From NCBI GenBank assembly GCA_963713615.1, contig CAVQMM010000001.1, positions 3,456,001 through 3,520,000 on the forward strand: a DNA stretch of 64,000 nucleotides. Direction: 5' to 3'. Below are positions 31,388 to 41,758 of the stretch, in pieces; the first letter of the stretch is position 1; every line of letters starts with the position of its first letter. The DNA is from an uncultured Chlamydiae bacterium (GTDB lineage: Bacteria > Chlamydiota > Chlamydiia > Chlamydiales > JAJFMA01). The notes under the pieces are model-generated. The model was not told where the DNA came from, ran no database searches, and saw only the letters and a program-made list of their open reading frames with translations. The position numbers and the translations under genes were made by a program.

Positions 31388-32997
31388 GGAGGAGCAAGAT
31401 TGTGTGAATAATTCCAGGGCAACCAAGCCTTGGGATCCTCTAGAACACTTTCAGTATTCTTTTGGATTGCTGTGAGATAGTTATAGGGATTGATCTTATT
31501 TAGAGTGCAGGTTTCGATGACACTCATCAGAATATCAGCAATTTTGGCTCCAGTTTCATTTTTGAAAAAATAGGCGTTCTTACGGTTAAGTACGGCCCTT
31601 TTGAGTTGACGTTCGTTGTCATTGTTTGAGATTGGAACTCCAGGAATACGTAAGAACAGGGTCAGCCCCTCCCAGTGATTATCAAGATACTGAATAGCCC
31701 TCCCAAAACTGCTATTGGGCTCTATTTGCTTGGAGTCTATAAGGTCTTTGCAATAGGCTCTCATCTTGTTCATGATCGGAGCACTTTTGTCTTGGTGCCA
31801 CTTTAGCCTATCTTCAGGAGTCAGGCTTTCTTTTTTTGCTATCTTGTCGTTCAGAAACACTAAGTCAAAGGACGAGACTACATTCACGCACTCATTAGGC
31901 CAGTGTGACGCGAGCTCATAAAAATTACGTCGTGCATGGGCATTGCAATAGGCTAGTTGAGTGGAATGATTCTTTGGAATGTTCCTGGACAAAGCGTCAC
32001 AGGCTTGTATAGGCACTGGAAGAGCCTCGTCACGCATATCCAAAAGATCTTTTAAATTTTCTCCTGCGTGCTGTCTTCCAGTAAAAAACAAGGCGATCTC
32101 TTTGTCGTGTGCTTTTCCAAGAATGCCCGTTGTGAATATTCCCTTCCTTTCTGGATTGGCTACTTCGTTTTCCTTCATAAGGCTAAGCACTCTTGCCATC
32201 GTATCGTCGTTGTGAAGGCATTCACAGTTGGCTGCGAGTTGGCACAGCTCTATGAAAACAGGCTCCATGCACTCTGCAACATCATGGGTCATGCCCCAAA
32301 TTTCTGTATCTGAAATAGGGTTGCCCAAAATGGTCTGTATTTGCTCTTGACGATAGAAGGGCATGCCACCGCGATATTTAAGAATCGAGACTATAGCCTT
32401 AGCTGACTTATCGATTCTTGACTCAGTGTAAAGCTCTTCGGGTAGTCTAGCGGTGAACACCTGTTGACAAATAGGACAGCGAAGTCTTTCAGGTTTGTAG
32501 ATATGCACATTTAACCAGGGTTGCCCCACAATGCGAAGCACCGTTCCGGAAGCTAGATTGAATAATTTGCCTTTACCACACGCAGGACAGGTAGAGCCCT
32601 TTTTAAGAACCTCGTGGGCTACTTTTATGAGCTGCGCTTCTTGATAATCGCTTGCTGGTCGATGCCCGTGCCCTTTTGCCGGACCTGCATCAGAAGGCTT
32701 CTCACTTGAAGTATCCTCAGAAGTGCTATTTCCTTTCTCGCTTCCAGTGTTTTTTGGTCGCAGTAGATTCTTTAACTTCTGTGCACTTTCCGTCTTAATC
32801 CCGAATACAGCTTTAAGCCTTGCAATACTCAAAGACTGCTCTCGAAGAGATCCCTCCATCCATATCATTGCCCTCACAAGATCGGCAAGCAAGGGAAAAT
32901 CGTCTACATCAAGGGATTGACTCTCGATCCTCTGAATGAGGGATTCAATCTCTTCTGTAGTAAAATCTATGCGTTTAGGTCGCTTTACCATCTTCAA
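31339..32997 (-). CDS. IS66 TnpC transposase
   Basis: CPACG zinc finger, HNDDT, CNAHARRNF, ISNNDNERQLK. Confidence 0.92.
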   Translation of the reverse strand: MKMVKRPKRIDFTTEEIESLIQRIESQSLDVDDFPLLADLVRAMIWMEGSLREQSLSIARLKAVFGIKTESAQKLKNLLRPKNTGSEKGNSTSEDTSSEKPSDAGPAKGHGHRPASDYQEAQLIKVAHEVLKKGSTCPACGKGKLFNLASGTVLRIVGQPWLNVHIYKPERLRCPICQQVFTARLPEELYTESRIDKSAKAIVSILKYRGGMPFYRQEQIQTILGNPISDTEIWGMTHDVAECMEPVFIELCQLAANCECLHNDDTMARVLSLMKENEVANPERKGIFTTGILGKAHDKEIALFFTGRQHAGENLKDLLDMRDEALPVPIQACDALSRNIPKNHSTQLAYCNAHARRNFYELASHWPNECVNVVSSFDLVFLNDKIAKKESLTPEDRLKWHQDKSAPIMNKMRAYCKDLIDSKQIEPNSSFGRAIQYLDNHWEGLTLFLRIPGVPISNNDNERQLKRAVLNRKNAYFFKNETGAKIADILMSVIETCTLNKINPYNYLTAIQKNTESVLEDPKAWLPWNYSHNLAPPQCAISPAISNSSSST

Positions 32998-33039
32998 CTA
33001 TCCCCAGGGCATCTATTTGAAAATAAAAAAACAATATTG

Positions 33040-33396
33040 TCATCCAATTTTTCGCCATGTATCTGAAAAACAGGCAAGACCCGGGTCTCCATTCCACAGA
33101 AGTGTTTGGAGCTCACGAGCCTCCAAAATCACTTCAACACCGCCACTTGCTGGTTTAGGCCACCAAGAAAACCTTCCCTTTGAAAGACGTTTAATGCAGA
33201 GCCAAAACCCCTGTCCATCGTACACTAAAACCTTTAGAGAGTTGACAGACCGGTTTCGAAAGAGAAAAACCGCACCACCAAAGGGATCTTTGCCTAAGAT
33301 TTGTTTACAACAGGATGCAAGGCCATCGATTCCTTTACGAAAGTCAACAGGAGCAATAGCAACATAGATAAGCATTTGAGGGGTGATTTGAATCAT
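33040..33396 (-). CDS. IS66 TnpB accessory protein
   Basis: PVDFRKGIDGL, VYDGQGFWLCIKRL. Confidence 0.93.
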   Translation of the reverse strand: MIQITPQMLIYVAIAPVDFRKGIDGLASCCKQILGKDPFGGAVFLFRNRSVNSLKVLVYDGQGFWLCIKRLSKGRFSWWPKPASGGVEVILEARELQTLLWNGDPGLACFSDTWRKIG

Positions 33397-33788
33397 GAGA
33401 ACTCCCCTCTAAAGAGTTTACTAATAAGGGCAGGCAGATCCTTAACAGGCCCAGTCCAGCGAAGAGTAAGAGGCCCTGCTTGGTGCTTAAGAGTAATTTC
33501 AACAAATGAATGGGATTCACTAGGTAGAGGGCGTACTTGAGCAAAATCTTGGATGGTTTGTTTTCCACGCGCTAAGCGCTTCTTAAAGTACTGGACAGAG
33601 ACGCCTATGGCAGATGCAATTTCAGCAACAGAGTAAGTCATCGTAAGATTGAACGCAGCTTGCCAGAGCTCCTTGGAGAAGCGTGGATGGCCCTTTTTTT
33701 GGGATCTAACGCGATGAAATTCTTGAGCGACTTGTTCGAGCGAAAGTGTAGCAGCTTTCATGAGCAACCTCCTTGGTTGTTTGCTCAC
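33393..33788 (-). CDS. IS66 TnpA-like HTH protein
   Basis: HTH (SVAEIASAIGV) upstream of and coupled to tnpB. Confidence 0.75.
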   Translation of the reverse strand: MSKQPRRLLMKAATLSLEQVAQEFHRVRSQKKGHPRFSKELWQAAFNLTMTYSVAEIASAIGVSVQYFKKRLARGKQTIQDFAQVRPLPSESHSFVEITLKHQAGPLTLRWTGPVKDLPALISKLFRGEFS

Positions 33789-34009
33789 GAATTTCGCTCA
33801 ACCTTGTTTCAAAATCACGCACGCTCACAGGAGGGACACGGTTCAATTGGCAGGGCTTGTTGTTCAGCAATCACCTTGCCTAGGCACGGGCCAGCAACAG
33901 ACATAATTTGTAGAGGGCATGTGTCACTATATGAAACCTTCTATCCTTTTTGCGTGGATGTTTTGGCTGGCAAGCAAAAAGAGGAAGCCTTGATCACAGC
34001 GGGCTTTTC

Positions 34010-34432
34010 CTACAGTAGTTCGTAAGTGCTAATTTCTTTAGCGATTGCGCTTTTCGTTTGACCGTGTTCGAGGAAGTAAGCGATCTCGACTTTATTATAA
34101 TTGCCTTTCGCTACCTCTACGACCAACTCTTCATATAGAGCCTCTGAAAAGGTTGTCTGAATACCATTCAGTTCAAGAAATAGGATCGCCGTTAATGCTC
34201 CTGTTCTCTTGTTACCATCGTTAAAGGGATGGTTTTGAACCAGATGGAAGAGATAAGCGGCAGCTTTGTCATAGATGGTTCTATGCAGCAATTCACCAAA
34301 CATGGTGCTTCGCGGCATCTCGACGGCAGATTCTAAAAGTCCTCTGTCGCGGAGGCCTGGTAAACCGCCATGATCTTCTAAGAATGTGTCATGCAGCTCG
34401 ATGACCTGCTCGACTGTCATAAATTTGGTCAT
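34010..34432 (-). CDS. Doc/Fic-family toxin
   Basis: HPFNDGNKRT motif. Confidence 0.93.
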   Translation of the reverse strand: MTKFMTVEQVIELHDTFLEDHGGLPGLRDRGLLESAVEMPRSTMFGELLHRTIYDKAAAYLFHLVQNHPFNDGNKRTGALTAILFLELNGIQTTFSEALYEELVVEVAKGNYNKVEIAYFLEHGQTKSAIAKEISTYELL

Positions 34433-34674
34433 CTCTTAGAGAGCTTGTTGGCTAGTTGATATCGTTCTTTTCGAAGCTTTTGCAATCCCTTTCTGAAGGT
34501 AGTATCATCTATGTCAGAATCGAATTTTTTCTCTTCGGTCGACTCTCTAAAAGCTAGAGATTCCAGAATATATTCGCGCATGGAGATTCCACGCTTTGCT
34601 GCTAGCATTTTCAAATGAATATGCTGTTCGGCTGAAATATCTAGGCTGAGACGGATTTTATGCTCTTGCCTCAT
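34429..34674 (-). CDS. RHH antitoxin of the Doc module
   Basis: RLSLDIS...LKMLAAKRGISMREYI; ATGA overlap with the toxin. Confidence 0.8.
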   Translation of the reverse strand: MRQEHKIRLSLDISAEQHIHLKMLAAKRGISMREYILESLAFRESTEEKKFDSDIDDTTFRKGLQKLRKERYQLANKLSKR

Positions 34675-34884
34675 AAATTCTCCTTATTTCCACATTTCCA
34701 CAATACCATAAAAGCCGATGATTTGCAAGCTGGCAGAGGGTGGTTTGTGGGTCAATTCTGGGTCAGTACATCGCGTAATTTACCATAATCTGGCGTTAGA
34801 AACGCACATACTTCAAATAAATTGTTGTGTATAGGTTGCTATGTAGAGTTAGGTGGTGTTATGGGACGTTGCGTTAATGACAGC

Positions 34885-34940
34885 GACTTAAAATCCCTCG
34901 GGCGCAAGCCTATGCCGGTTCGAGTCCGGCTCCGAGCATT
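34885..34940 (+). repeat. att copy 2 (3' part of tRNA-Leu)
   Basis: 56 bp identical to 10857-10912. Confidence 0.95.
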
Positions 34941-35099
34941 GTTGGGTTATCGTTCATTGTGGAGTCTTTGACTGCCACGTTAGATGCATCGCATCATTGG
35001 GACGCTTAGCGAGCCCGGGGCCTTGAGCCCAAAACGATAACCCAACTTTTCCTTTTTCCCAGAGGAACACCGACAAAAACCTTTCCGATTGAGCAGAAG

Positions 35100-36220
35100 A
35101 TGTCTAGTAGCATAGTGGTTAAAAAGAACTATGTTGTCGTTGGAGGAAGCGCTTATGCTGACATCGACGTCTTAGCGTGTGTTTCCGCCTACACTCAGTT
35201 GCTTAGACTCAAAGATTTTCAGGCTTATGGAGTCATTACAGGCCCATGGAATCAAACAATTCCACAGTCGATCAGGAAATGGCCAATAGATATAGGCAAT
35301 ACCTTCAAGTTCTCAAAGGATTCGTGCCGGTTTGTGCTTGTGGACCTGTCGGATCCAAGATTCATGGAGAAGTTTGTTTCAATGAGAAGTTTGTTTCAAT
35401 CGATGAAGTAGTTGAAGTCTATGATCACCATTATGGGCCTTATTCACCTTTGCGGTCAGTTTTCGGTCGACTGCAAAAGGATCGTCTGTCGCGTTTTGCT
35501 CCTCGGACATAGCTGGCGCTATGCCCTCGTCACAAACCACGACATCCGACCTTTTTCGTCCGACCGAAATTCTGACCGTAAAGGTGAACAAGGCCCCATT
35601 ATGGACATGAAAAATTTTGGCAGGAGAGACTTCCAGACTCGACCTACATTGAAAAAGTTGGGGCTTGTGCTACTTTAATTTGGGAAAAATACAAGAAAAA
35701 TGGCCTTCACACCCTTATTTCAGGAACCAATGCTAATCTTCTCTATACCGCTATTTTTGCGAACACATTGAACTTCAAATCTTCGATAACTCTGGATCGT
35801 GACCTTCTTGCTTCTGATGAGCTACTGGCTTACTGCACTCTTCCAGCTGACTGGAAGGCTATCTACTACAAGGAAGTAGAAGAAGGATTTAGCAAAGACT
35901 TTTTGAGGCAAATAAAAAAGGATACGAAGATTGTTCATTTGGAGGGCGTTCCCTTCTACTTTGGACAGGCAGAGATGTGGGATGCTAGTGACATAATTGC
36001 TAATTCGCGAGACTATTTTGATTTCAGTGCCGATGAGGAGTGGTTGATCAATATCGTGAGTATTGCAGAAGGACGTTCCCATTTTTTTACTAATTCGGAT
36101 CGATTGCGCGTATGGCTAAATCGCATAATACCCGGAGAAGCTACTGGTCAGTCGTATCATGCCGCGCAACGGCTGTGGCTAAGAAAGGAAGTGCTTGGTC
36201 ATTTAGTTATCAATCTTTGA
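35100..36220 (+). pseudogene. DHH-family phosphoesterase (Mn-pyrophosphatase-like) broken by a 17-bp duplication and a MITE
   Basis: ADIDV, LVD, YDHHYG|HEKF, VGACATLIWE, NTLNF motifs are restored when the duplication (35367-35400) and the MITE are removed. Confidence 0.85.
35436..35595 (+). mobile_element. MITE family A (160 bp, GGCC ends)
   Basis: About 34-bp imperfect TIRs; 8-bp TSD CCATTATG. Confidence 0.92.
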
Positions 36221-36461
36221 CTATAGCGCGAGGTAATGGCCAGTAGAGATGTTGAACTTAAGCTCTCAGCGAGCTTGAGGCGTCAGCGTTATTTGTCCAT
36301 TTTGTGCAGTCAGTCTAGTTCGTCCAGAAAGTCCATCGTGTCCAAACTGTCCATTGAAAATTAGGAGTGAAAAACCTCAAAACCGAACTCTTCACATAGT
36401 TTTTCAGCGTGAACAGTTTTACCCATCCTAGAACAGCTGCTTAAATGAGGAATTGCATGGT

Positions 36462-36595
36462 TGAGATTGGTTGCCTTCGCGAGCTGACCATACCACCTTG
36501 TGCTTCAGTAATATCACGCACCGCCAGGAGGAATAATACATGGAGATCGTCATTCTCTAATGCAGTGTTTAAATAGACACTAGCACCAGGCTCTT
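36462..36595 (-). pseudogene. Remnant of addiction-module antidote gene
   Basis: Nucleotide similarity to about 44640-44775. Confidence 0.6.
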
Positions 36596-36663
36596 AACCT
36601 AAAACTGTGTGTGTGAAAATGTATCTTTTAGCAAAAATGTCGCAGACTTTATTATCATTTTTT

Positions 36664-36823
36664 GGCCTTGTTCACCTTTACGGTCAGAATTTCGGTCGGA
36701 CGAAAAAGGTCGGATGTCGTGGTTTGTGACGAGGGCATAGCGCCAGCTATGTCCGAGGAGCAAAACGCGACAGACGATCCTTTTGCAGTCGACCGAAAAC
36801 TGACCGCAAAGGTGAATAAGGCC
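36664..36823 (-). mobile_element. MITE family A, no TSD
   Basis: Reverse complement of 35436-35595; flanks differ. Confidence 0.9.
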
Positions 36824-37062
36824 CAATTCTACCTGGTTTCATATCCACGCCAATGCTCTATGAACCAAATTCTAAAGGAGAGGTTCCTTCTTTTGAGAAT
36901 TACGTCAATTTGATTCCATTAAGGAAAATGGGATGGCCTAGTGATGTTGCTAAGGCAGTTATATTTCTTGCTTCCGATGAATCAGCCTATATTACCGGAA
37001 TAGATTTAATTATAGACGGAGGAATCACAACTTGGTCTGGGATTCCCTTACAAAAGCCATAA
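36824..37062 (+). pseudogene. C-terminal fragment of an SDR oxidoreductase
   Basis: IPLRKMGWPSDVAKAVIFLASDESAYITG...DGG; truncated at the MITE. Confidence 0.8.
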
Positions 37063-37120
37063 CAATCTTAACAAAAAATAGCTGGGGGCAGAGCTGACAG
37101 TATGACATTTCATGCCACAA

Positions 37121-37340
37121 ATGGAGGAGATAAGCAGCAGCTTTGTCGTAGATGGTTCTATATAGCGGTGCACCAAACATGGTGTTTCGCGCAGATTCTA
37201 GAAGACTTCTATCGCGATGCCTAGCAAGCCACCTTATCTTCTAGGAACGCGTCGTGTGCAGCTCCATGACTTGCTCGATTGTTATAAATTTAATCGTCGC
37301 TTGGAGAGCTTTTTGGCTAGTTGAAATCGTTCTTTGCGGG
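37121..37340 (-). pseudogene. Decayed copy of the doc/antitoxin junction
   Basis: Similar to about 34245-34496 with indels. Confidence 0.7.
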
Positions 37341-37344
37341 GCTT

Positions 37345-37643
37345 TTGTAGTCCCTTTCTGAGTGACTCGGCTGCAAAAAGCACCCCGTCAGGAACTACTT
37401 CAATTCCGCAAATTTTGGTGATGATTACCTGCAAATTGGGAATGTATTTGCGGTTTTGGCGAGGAGGTCGATGTCTACTGTGGCACGATGGCTTGTAGGG
37501 TTCCATACCATCAGCATGAGTCCTCCCTTTAGATAAAATGAGCCGCGGTGGGGCGACATCCCCAAGCGATATAAAAAACGCTCCATCGTATACATCTCGC
37601 CCAAGATGAGACTGTTGACATCTGTTCGCAAATTTGGTAACAT
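37345..37643 (-). pseudogene. AbiEii-type nucleotidyltransferase fragment
   Basis: MERFLYRL...LKGGLML...RATVDIDLL. Confidence 0.75.
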
Positions 37644-37660
37644 GATCTCAAAGAGGTGAT

Positions 37661-38029
37661 GTGGCTAAAACGAAAGTTGTTTTTTACAAAGAGAAGGATG
37701 AAACAACAGCTCCAGTACTTGAATGGTTGGATACTATCCCTCTAAAAGCTCGTTTGAAATGTCTAGAAAGAATAAAACGGCTAAGAGAAGAGGGGCATCA
37801 ATTGCGCAGGCCGGAAGCAGATTTACTCAGGGACAAGATTTATGAGCTGAGGGCAAGTTTGCAAGGGATTCATTATCGTATCCTTTATTTTTTCCACGGT
37901 AATGTGGCTGCTGTGTTGTCTCATGGGATCATAAAAGAGGATTGTGTTCCTCCGATAGAGATCGATAGAGCAATAAAGCGCCGGAAAAATTTTGAGATGA
38001 ATCCAAAAATACATACGTATGAGGAGTAA
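37661..38029 (+). CDS. RelE/HigB-family toxin
   Basis: IYELRASLQGIHYRILYFF...LSHGIIK; toxin-first arrangement. Confidence 0.88.
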   Translation: MAKTKVVFYKEKDETTAPVLEWLDTIPLKARLKCLERIKRLREEGHQLRRPEADLLRDKIYELRASLQGIHYRILYFFHGNVAAVLSHGIIKEDCVPPIEIDRAIKRRKNFEMNPKIHTYEE

Positions 38030-38033
38030 TAAA

Positions 38034-38378
38034 ATGGCTAGAAAAAAACATAAACCAACAGATGATGCAGTTGAAATTTTGCATCGACGTCTAGTTAACG
38101 ACGATCCAGAGAAAATTGCTGAACTAGAAAATATTCGGGCTGACAATGATATAGCAAGAAAAATCTACGATTTGCGCATGAAGTCAGGGCTTTCTCAGAG
38201 GGCATTTGCTAAACTAGTTGGAACTACCGCGTCGGTTATCTGCCGTTTGGAAGATGCTGATTATGAGGGCCATTCAATGGCTATGCTTAACCGTATTGCT
38301 GCAGCGCTTGACAAGCGAGTGGAAATTCGGTTTGTGCCTATTAAAGGAAACTCACATTCAAAACAGGTTTGTGCATAA
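38034..38378 (+). CDS. XRE-HTH antitoxin (HigA-like)
   Basis: GLSQRAFAKLVGTTASVICRLE. Confidence 0.88.
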   Translation: MARKKHKPTDDAVEILHRRLVNDDPEKIAELENIRADNDIARKIYDLRMKSGLSQRAFAKLVGTTASVICRLEDADYEGHSMAMLNRIAAALDKRVEIRFVPIKGNSHSKQVCA

Positions 38379-38529
38379 GATGTCTAGTAGCATAGCGGTT
38401 TTCCCGATCCCTTATGGGCCACAATCCAATCACCGATACAGGGACTAGATGACGTATTGCGAGGGGATGATGTCCCACTCTGACTTTTTGGCTACCAGAA
38501 TTGATTCCGCATGAGCGGGAAAAGTTACG

Positions 38530-39465
38530 GTGGCAATCAGACCAAATACAATTAAGCTTAAGAATTTTCTCATATCACTCTCCTTTAGCATTTTCAGTCA
38601 GGCATTATCAGTCCCCTTCGATTTGGTTGCAACTCGAATGAATTGTTACTACCGCTTGGCTAAGCAGTCGGCGCAGCTGCTTTGGTGGAAGCAGGAGATA
38701 GGACATTGTCTCTTAGCCGACGTTAGCCCTGCACTTCTTGCTGAGAAGCGGGACAAGCTTGGCCATGGCAAAACAAGGACAGGGCAAAACAGATCACCAG
38801 CGACCATTATGCGGTATCTAGCGGCCTTAAGCCATGCGTTAGCCATTGGGGTCAGGGAATGGGCCTGGCTAGATGATTCACCCATGAGAAAGGTGTCAAA
38901 GCCGCAGGAGCCGCGTGGACGCGTACGGTTCTTATCGGAGGATGAAAGGCAGCGGTTTTTGAAGGCGTGCAAGGAAAGTACAACCCCATTTCTGTATGTT
39001 GCAGTGGTCTTGTCGTTATCAGCCGGCTTAAGGCGTTCTGAATTGCTAAACCTTCGGTGGTCAGACGTTGATCTGGCTAGGGGCCGCATAGTCCTACACG
39101 AGACCAAGAACGGTGATAGAAGAATGGTTCCACTGGCTGGCTTAGCATTACAGCTTCTTAAGGAGCTAAACGAAGGTCGTAGTGTAGCCACAGACCTACT
39201 ATTCCCTGGGACCGACCCACATAGGCCAATAGATCTGCGATTTGGTTGGGAAAAGGCTTTGAAAGAAGCTGTGATAACCAATTTCCGCTGGCATGACATG
39301 AGACATAGCTGCGCGAGCTACCTAGCGATGAATGGTGCTTCTCTGGCTGAGATTGCTGAGGTGTTGGGGCACAGGACGATTACTATGACAAGAAGGTACT
39401 CTCATTTAAGCGAATCGCATACCTCAGGCGTGGTTGCAAACATGAATGAAAGGATTTTTGGGTGA
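38530..39465 (+). pseudogene. Tyrosine integrase lacking its N-terminal domain; paralogue of 11017-12102
   Basis: GLRRSE, TKNG, HDMRH, LGH, RRY; similarity to integrase 1 begins only at KQSAQLLWWK. Confidence 0.8.
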
Positions 39466-39836
39466 AGATAGAAACTCGACATGAAAATTACTCGCCTAAA
39501 TGGGGAAGCAGAATCGCTCAGTCTTTTTGGAAATTGCGAGAAGCTTGCCTTTGGTTTTCGTCATTTGAGGTTGATCGGAGGTGTAAAGGCGAAGCGGCTT
39601 TGTGGGCTGCAATGGTTGCAGATAGTGAGGGGTATAGGAGAGCTTTGTTGGCGTTGTGTGTCAAAAGCATTAAAGTTAATGGGTTGGTCGGGCTTTGGGA
39701 TTTTAGGATTCGCGATTACTGGGTTACACCATTCGCTTTTATTCAATGGTGCCATCACAGAGGAATACCGATTCCTTTTGATTGTAGTGAGTTCTTAACT
39801 TGTGATTGGTTGATTGAGATATCTGAAGCTTACTAA
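39462..39836 (+). CDS. Hypothetical protein, possibly truncated
   Basis: Overlaps the integrase stop; WKLREA...FIQWC...GIPIP pattern. Confidence 0.45.
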   Translation: MKIETRHENYSPKWGSRIAQSFWKLREACLWFSSFEVDRRCKGEAALWAAMVADSEGYRRALLALCVKSIKVNGLVGLWDFRIRDYWVTPFAFIQWCHHRGIPIPFDCSEFLTCDWLIEISEAY

Positions 39837-40151
39837 GGCCGATGGTTCGCCAAATCCCCGGAAAGACCCTTATCTCGAAAAACGGCTGTCCGAAGTAGAC
39901 CCCAAAAAAGGTGCTCGCAAGGGTGGGCGACCTCTTAAACAGCCCAAATCTTGAAACAAACACGTGAAGTCATAAATAAGAGATTATTTTTTTATAAGCC
40001 TATTTATCTCCATAGCAAGCGGTGAGGTTGATAACTTCGCATGTTTCTTTGGACTTAGCTAGTTTTTTTCTTCCCGCGTATTTGCTTTAATCCTGTTCAA
40101 GTATATGCGACAACGCCAAGTGTCGCCAATTCAGCAGGAGTTATTTATGGC

Positions 40152-40376
40152 ATGTCAGTTATCACAACAGATCAGGCACCTTCTAGGTTAATCCCGCTTG
40201 TGGAGTGGCCTAAGTATCATCCATGGCCTCCAGTTGGAGGTTTGCGGCACATGGTTTTCTATGGCGAGAAGACCGGGTTTTCTAAGGTAATCAAGAAGGT
40301 GGGGCGTCGTGTGCTCATAGACGAGCAAAAGTTCTTTGAGTTCATTGAAGAGCAAAACAACGCAGCAGCAAGGTAG
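40152..40376 (+). CDS. Xis/AlpA-like small DNA-binding protein
   Basis: IKKVGRRVLIDEQKFF; paralogue of 13051-13260. Confidence 0.72.
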   Translation: MSVITTDQAPSRLIPLVEWPKYHPWPPVGGLRHMVFYGEKTGFSKVIKKVGRRVLIDEQKFFEFIEEQNNAAAR

Positions 40377-40649
40377 GAGGGATGGTGGATTCGGGGGTGA
40401 TCAGTATGATTCAAAGGGGGGTAAAATGTTTTTAGGCATTTTCTATTCATAAAGCAACTTTCATTTGGTTAAGAGTCAAAGAGATCATATAGGGTAGGTT
40501 ATTATGAATCAATTGCAGAGTCATTTCTGGTTGAGTTGGAGAGTTGTGAGTGTACAGGATGAAAAGCTGCAAGGTAACCCTGCGAAAAAAAACACATATT
40601 GAATATCAAGCTACACTTGTGCTACACTTTTGGTATCAGGAGGTGGCAA

Positions 40650-40892
40650 ATGGCTACAAAATCACCTAGAGTTCATGTTGCGCTGGATAAAGCAACTAGA
40701 GATGCGTTGGCTGTATTAGCTAAGCGAGACAACAAAACTTTGTCTGGAGTCGCAAAGGAGATGATCGAGGAAGCTCTAGACCTTCAAGAGGATATATATT
40801 TTTCCCGGTTAGTTGACGAGCGAAACAAGAAAGTGCAAAAACATTTCAACCTTGAGGAAGTGTGCGAGAAGTTGGGTCTAGACATCGAGTAA
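40650..40892 (+). CDS. RHH antitoxin
   Basis: AGGAGG RBS; PRVHVAL...LAKRDNKTLSGVAKEMIEEAL. Confidence 0.82.
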   Translation: MATKSPRVHVALDKATRDALAVLAKRDNKTLSGVAKEMIEEALDLQEDIYFSRLVDERNKKVQKHFNLEEVCEKLGLDIE

Positions 40893-41140
40893 TTCTGTCC
40901 GAAGCTGCTGTCCGAGATTTAGAGGTCATTCCCAAGCGAGTCCAAGTACAGATTGTAAAGGCCATAAGGGAACGATTATGCATAGCGCCAATGGACTATG
41001 GGAAAGCCATGAGAAGAAACTATAAGGGATATAGGAGGTTGAGGGTAAACGACTATAGAGTAATCTACACAGTAGATCCCGAAGGGGACCATGATGTAAC
41101 CATACACGCTATTGGCAATCGAAAAGACGTGTATGAATAG
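40862..41140 (+). CDS. RelE/StbE-family toxin (start uncertain)
   Basis: YRRLRVNDYRVIY...IGNRKDVYE. Confidence 0.88.
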   Translation: MREVGSRHRVILSEAAVRDLEVIPKRVQVQIVKAIRERLCIAPMDYGKAMRRNYKGYRRLRVNDYRVIYTVDPEGDHDVTIHAIGNRKDVYE

Positions 41141-41235
41141 AAGAACTTATGAAAAAGCTCATGATGAGGATGATCTTTTCGATGTCTGCTTAGGAAGCGA
41201 TCGCTAAGATATGTAGAGACTGTCCGAGGTGGTCT

Positions 41236-41427
41236 GTGATACTGCGAGGACTACGCAATCGTGAGGGGCTAACTCCGAGCCAGCTTGGGAAAGTGATGGG
41301 GATTGCTCAAACCAACATATCACAGATGGAGCGGGGTGTTGGGACTATTGGAAAGCAGTCTTGCCAAGCGTTTTGCGGCGTTCTTCAAGACCGATTATCG
41401 CCTGTTTCTCTAGCCTGTCGCATTTAG
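41236..41427 (+). pseudogene. XRE-HTH fragment
   Basis: GLRNREGLTPSQLGKVMGIAQTNISQMERG then frameshift. Confidence 0.6.
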
Positions 41428-41533
41428 GTTGATTTCTAGAATGCCTCTATTTCACATTTAAAGATTTTCTGCTGATTTTTAGCTTTATTTGACTATTTTC
41501 GCGCTTTAGATAAAACAAAGCAATGCGAGCGAT

Positions 41534-41758
41534 CTATGAGCGTTTTATGAGTTGTTTCCTATGGGCAGGCACTTCGTTGATGAAGATTCTGAACTTCGGT
41601 GGCTGGTTACCCTGGCAAACATAGGCGTTTACCATTTCTTGGTTAGCCCTGGCCGCTTTCCCTGGGTCCTCGCATACTGCCGCTGGGAATACAGCCCAGC
41701 TGTTCTCTCGCCCAGACATCATTTGTTCCATTTTCCGTATCCTCGATTCTAGTCTCAC
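41534..41758 (-). CDS. Hypothetical protein
   Basis: Abuts the 41759-42139 stop. Confidence 0.45.
   Translation of the reverse strand: MRLESRIRKMEQMMSGRENSWAVFPAAVCEDPGKAARANQEMVNAYVCQGNQPPKFRIFINEVPAHRKQLIKRS

Larger units (their letters stand above)
30893..33841 (-). mobile_element. IS66-family element with passenger gene
   Basis: 27-bp IRs at 30893-30919 / 33815-33841 (1 mismatch) enclose tnpA-tnpB-tnpC plus a convergent ORF. Confidence 0.8.

Noticed and set aside
33040..33396. TnpB as an RNA-guided nuclease
   Set aside because: This is the 118-aa IS66 accessory TnpB, unrelated to IS200/605 TnpB
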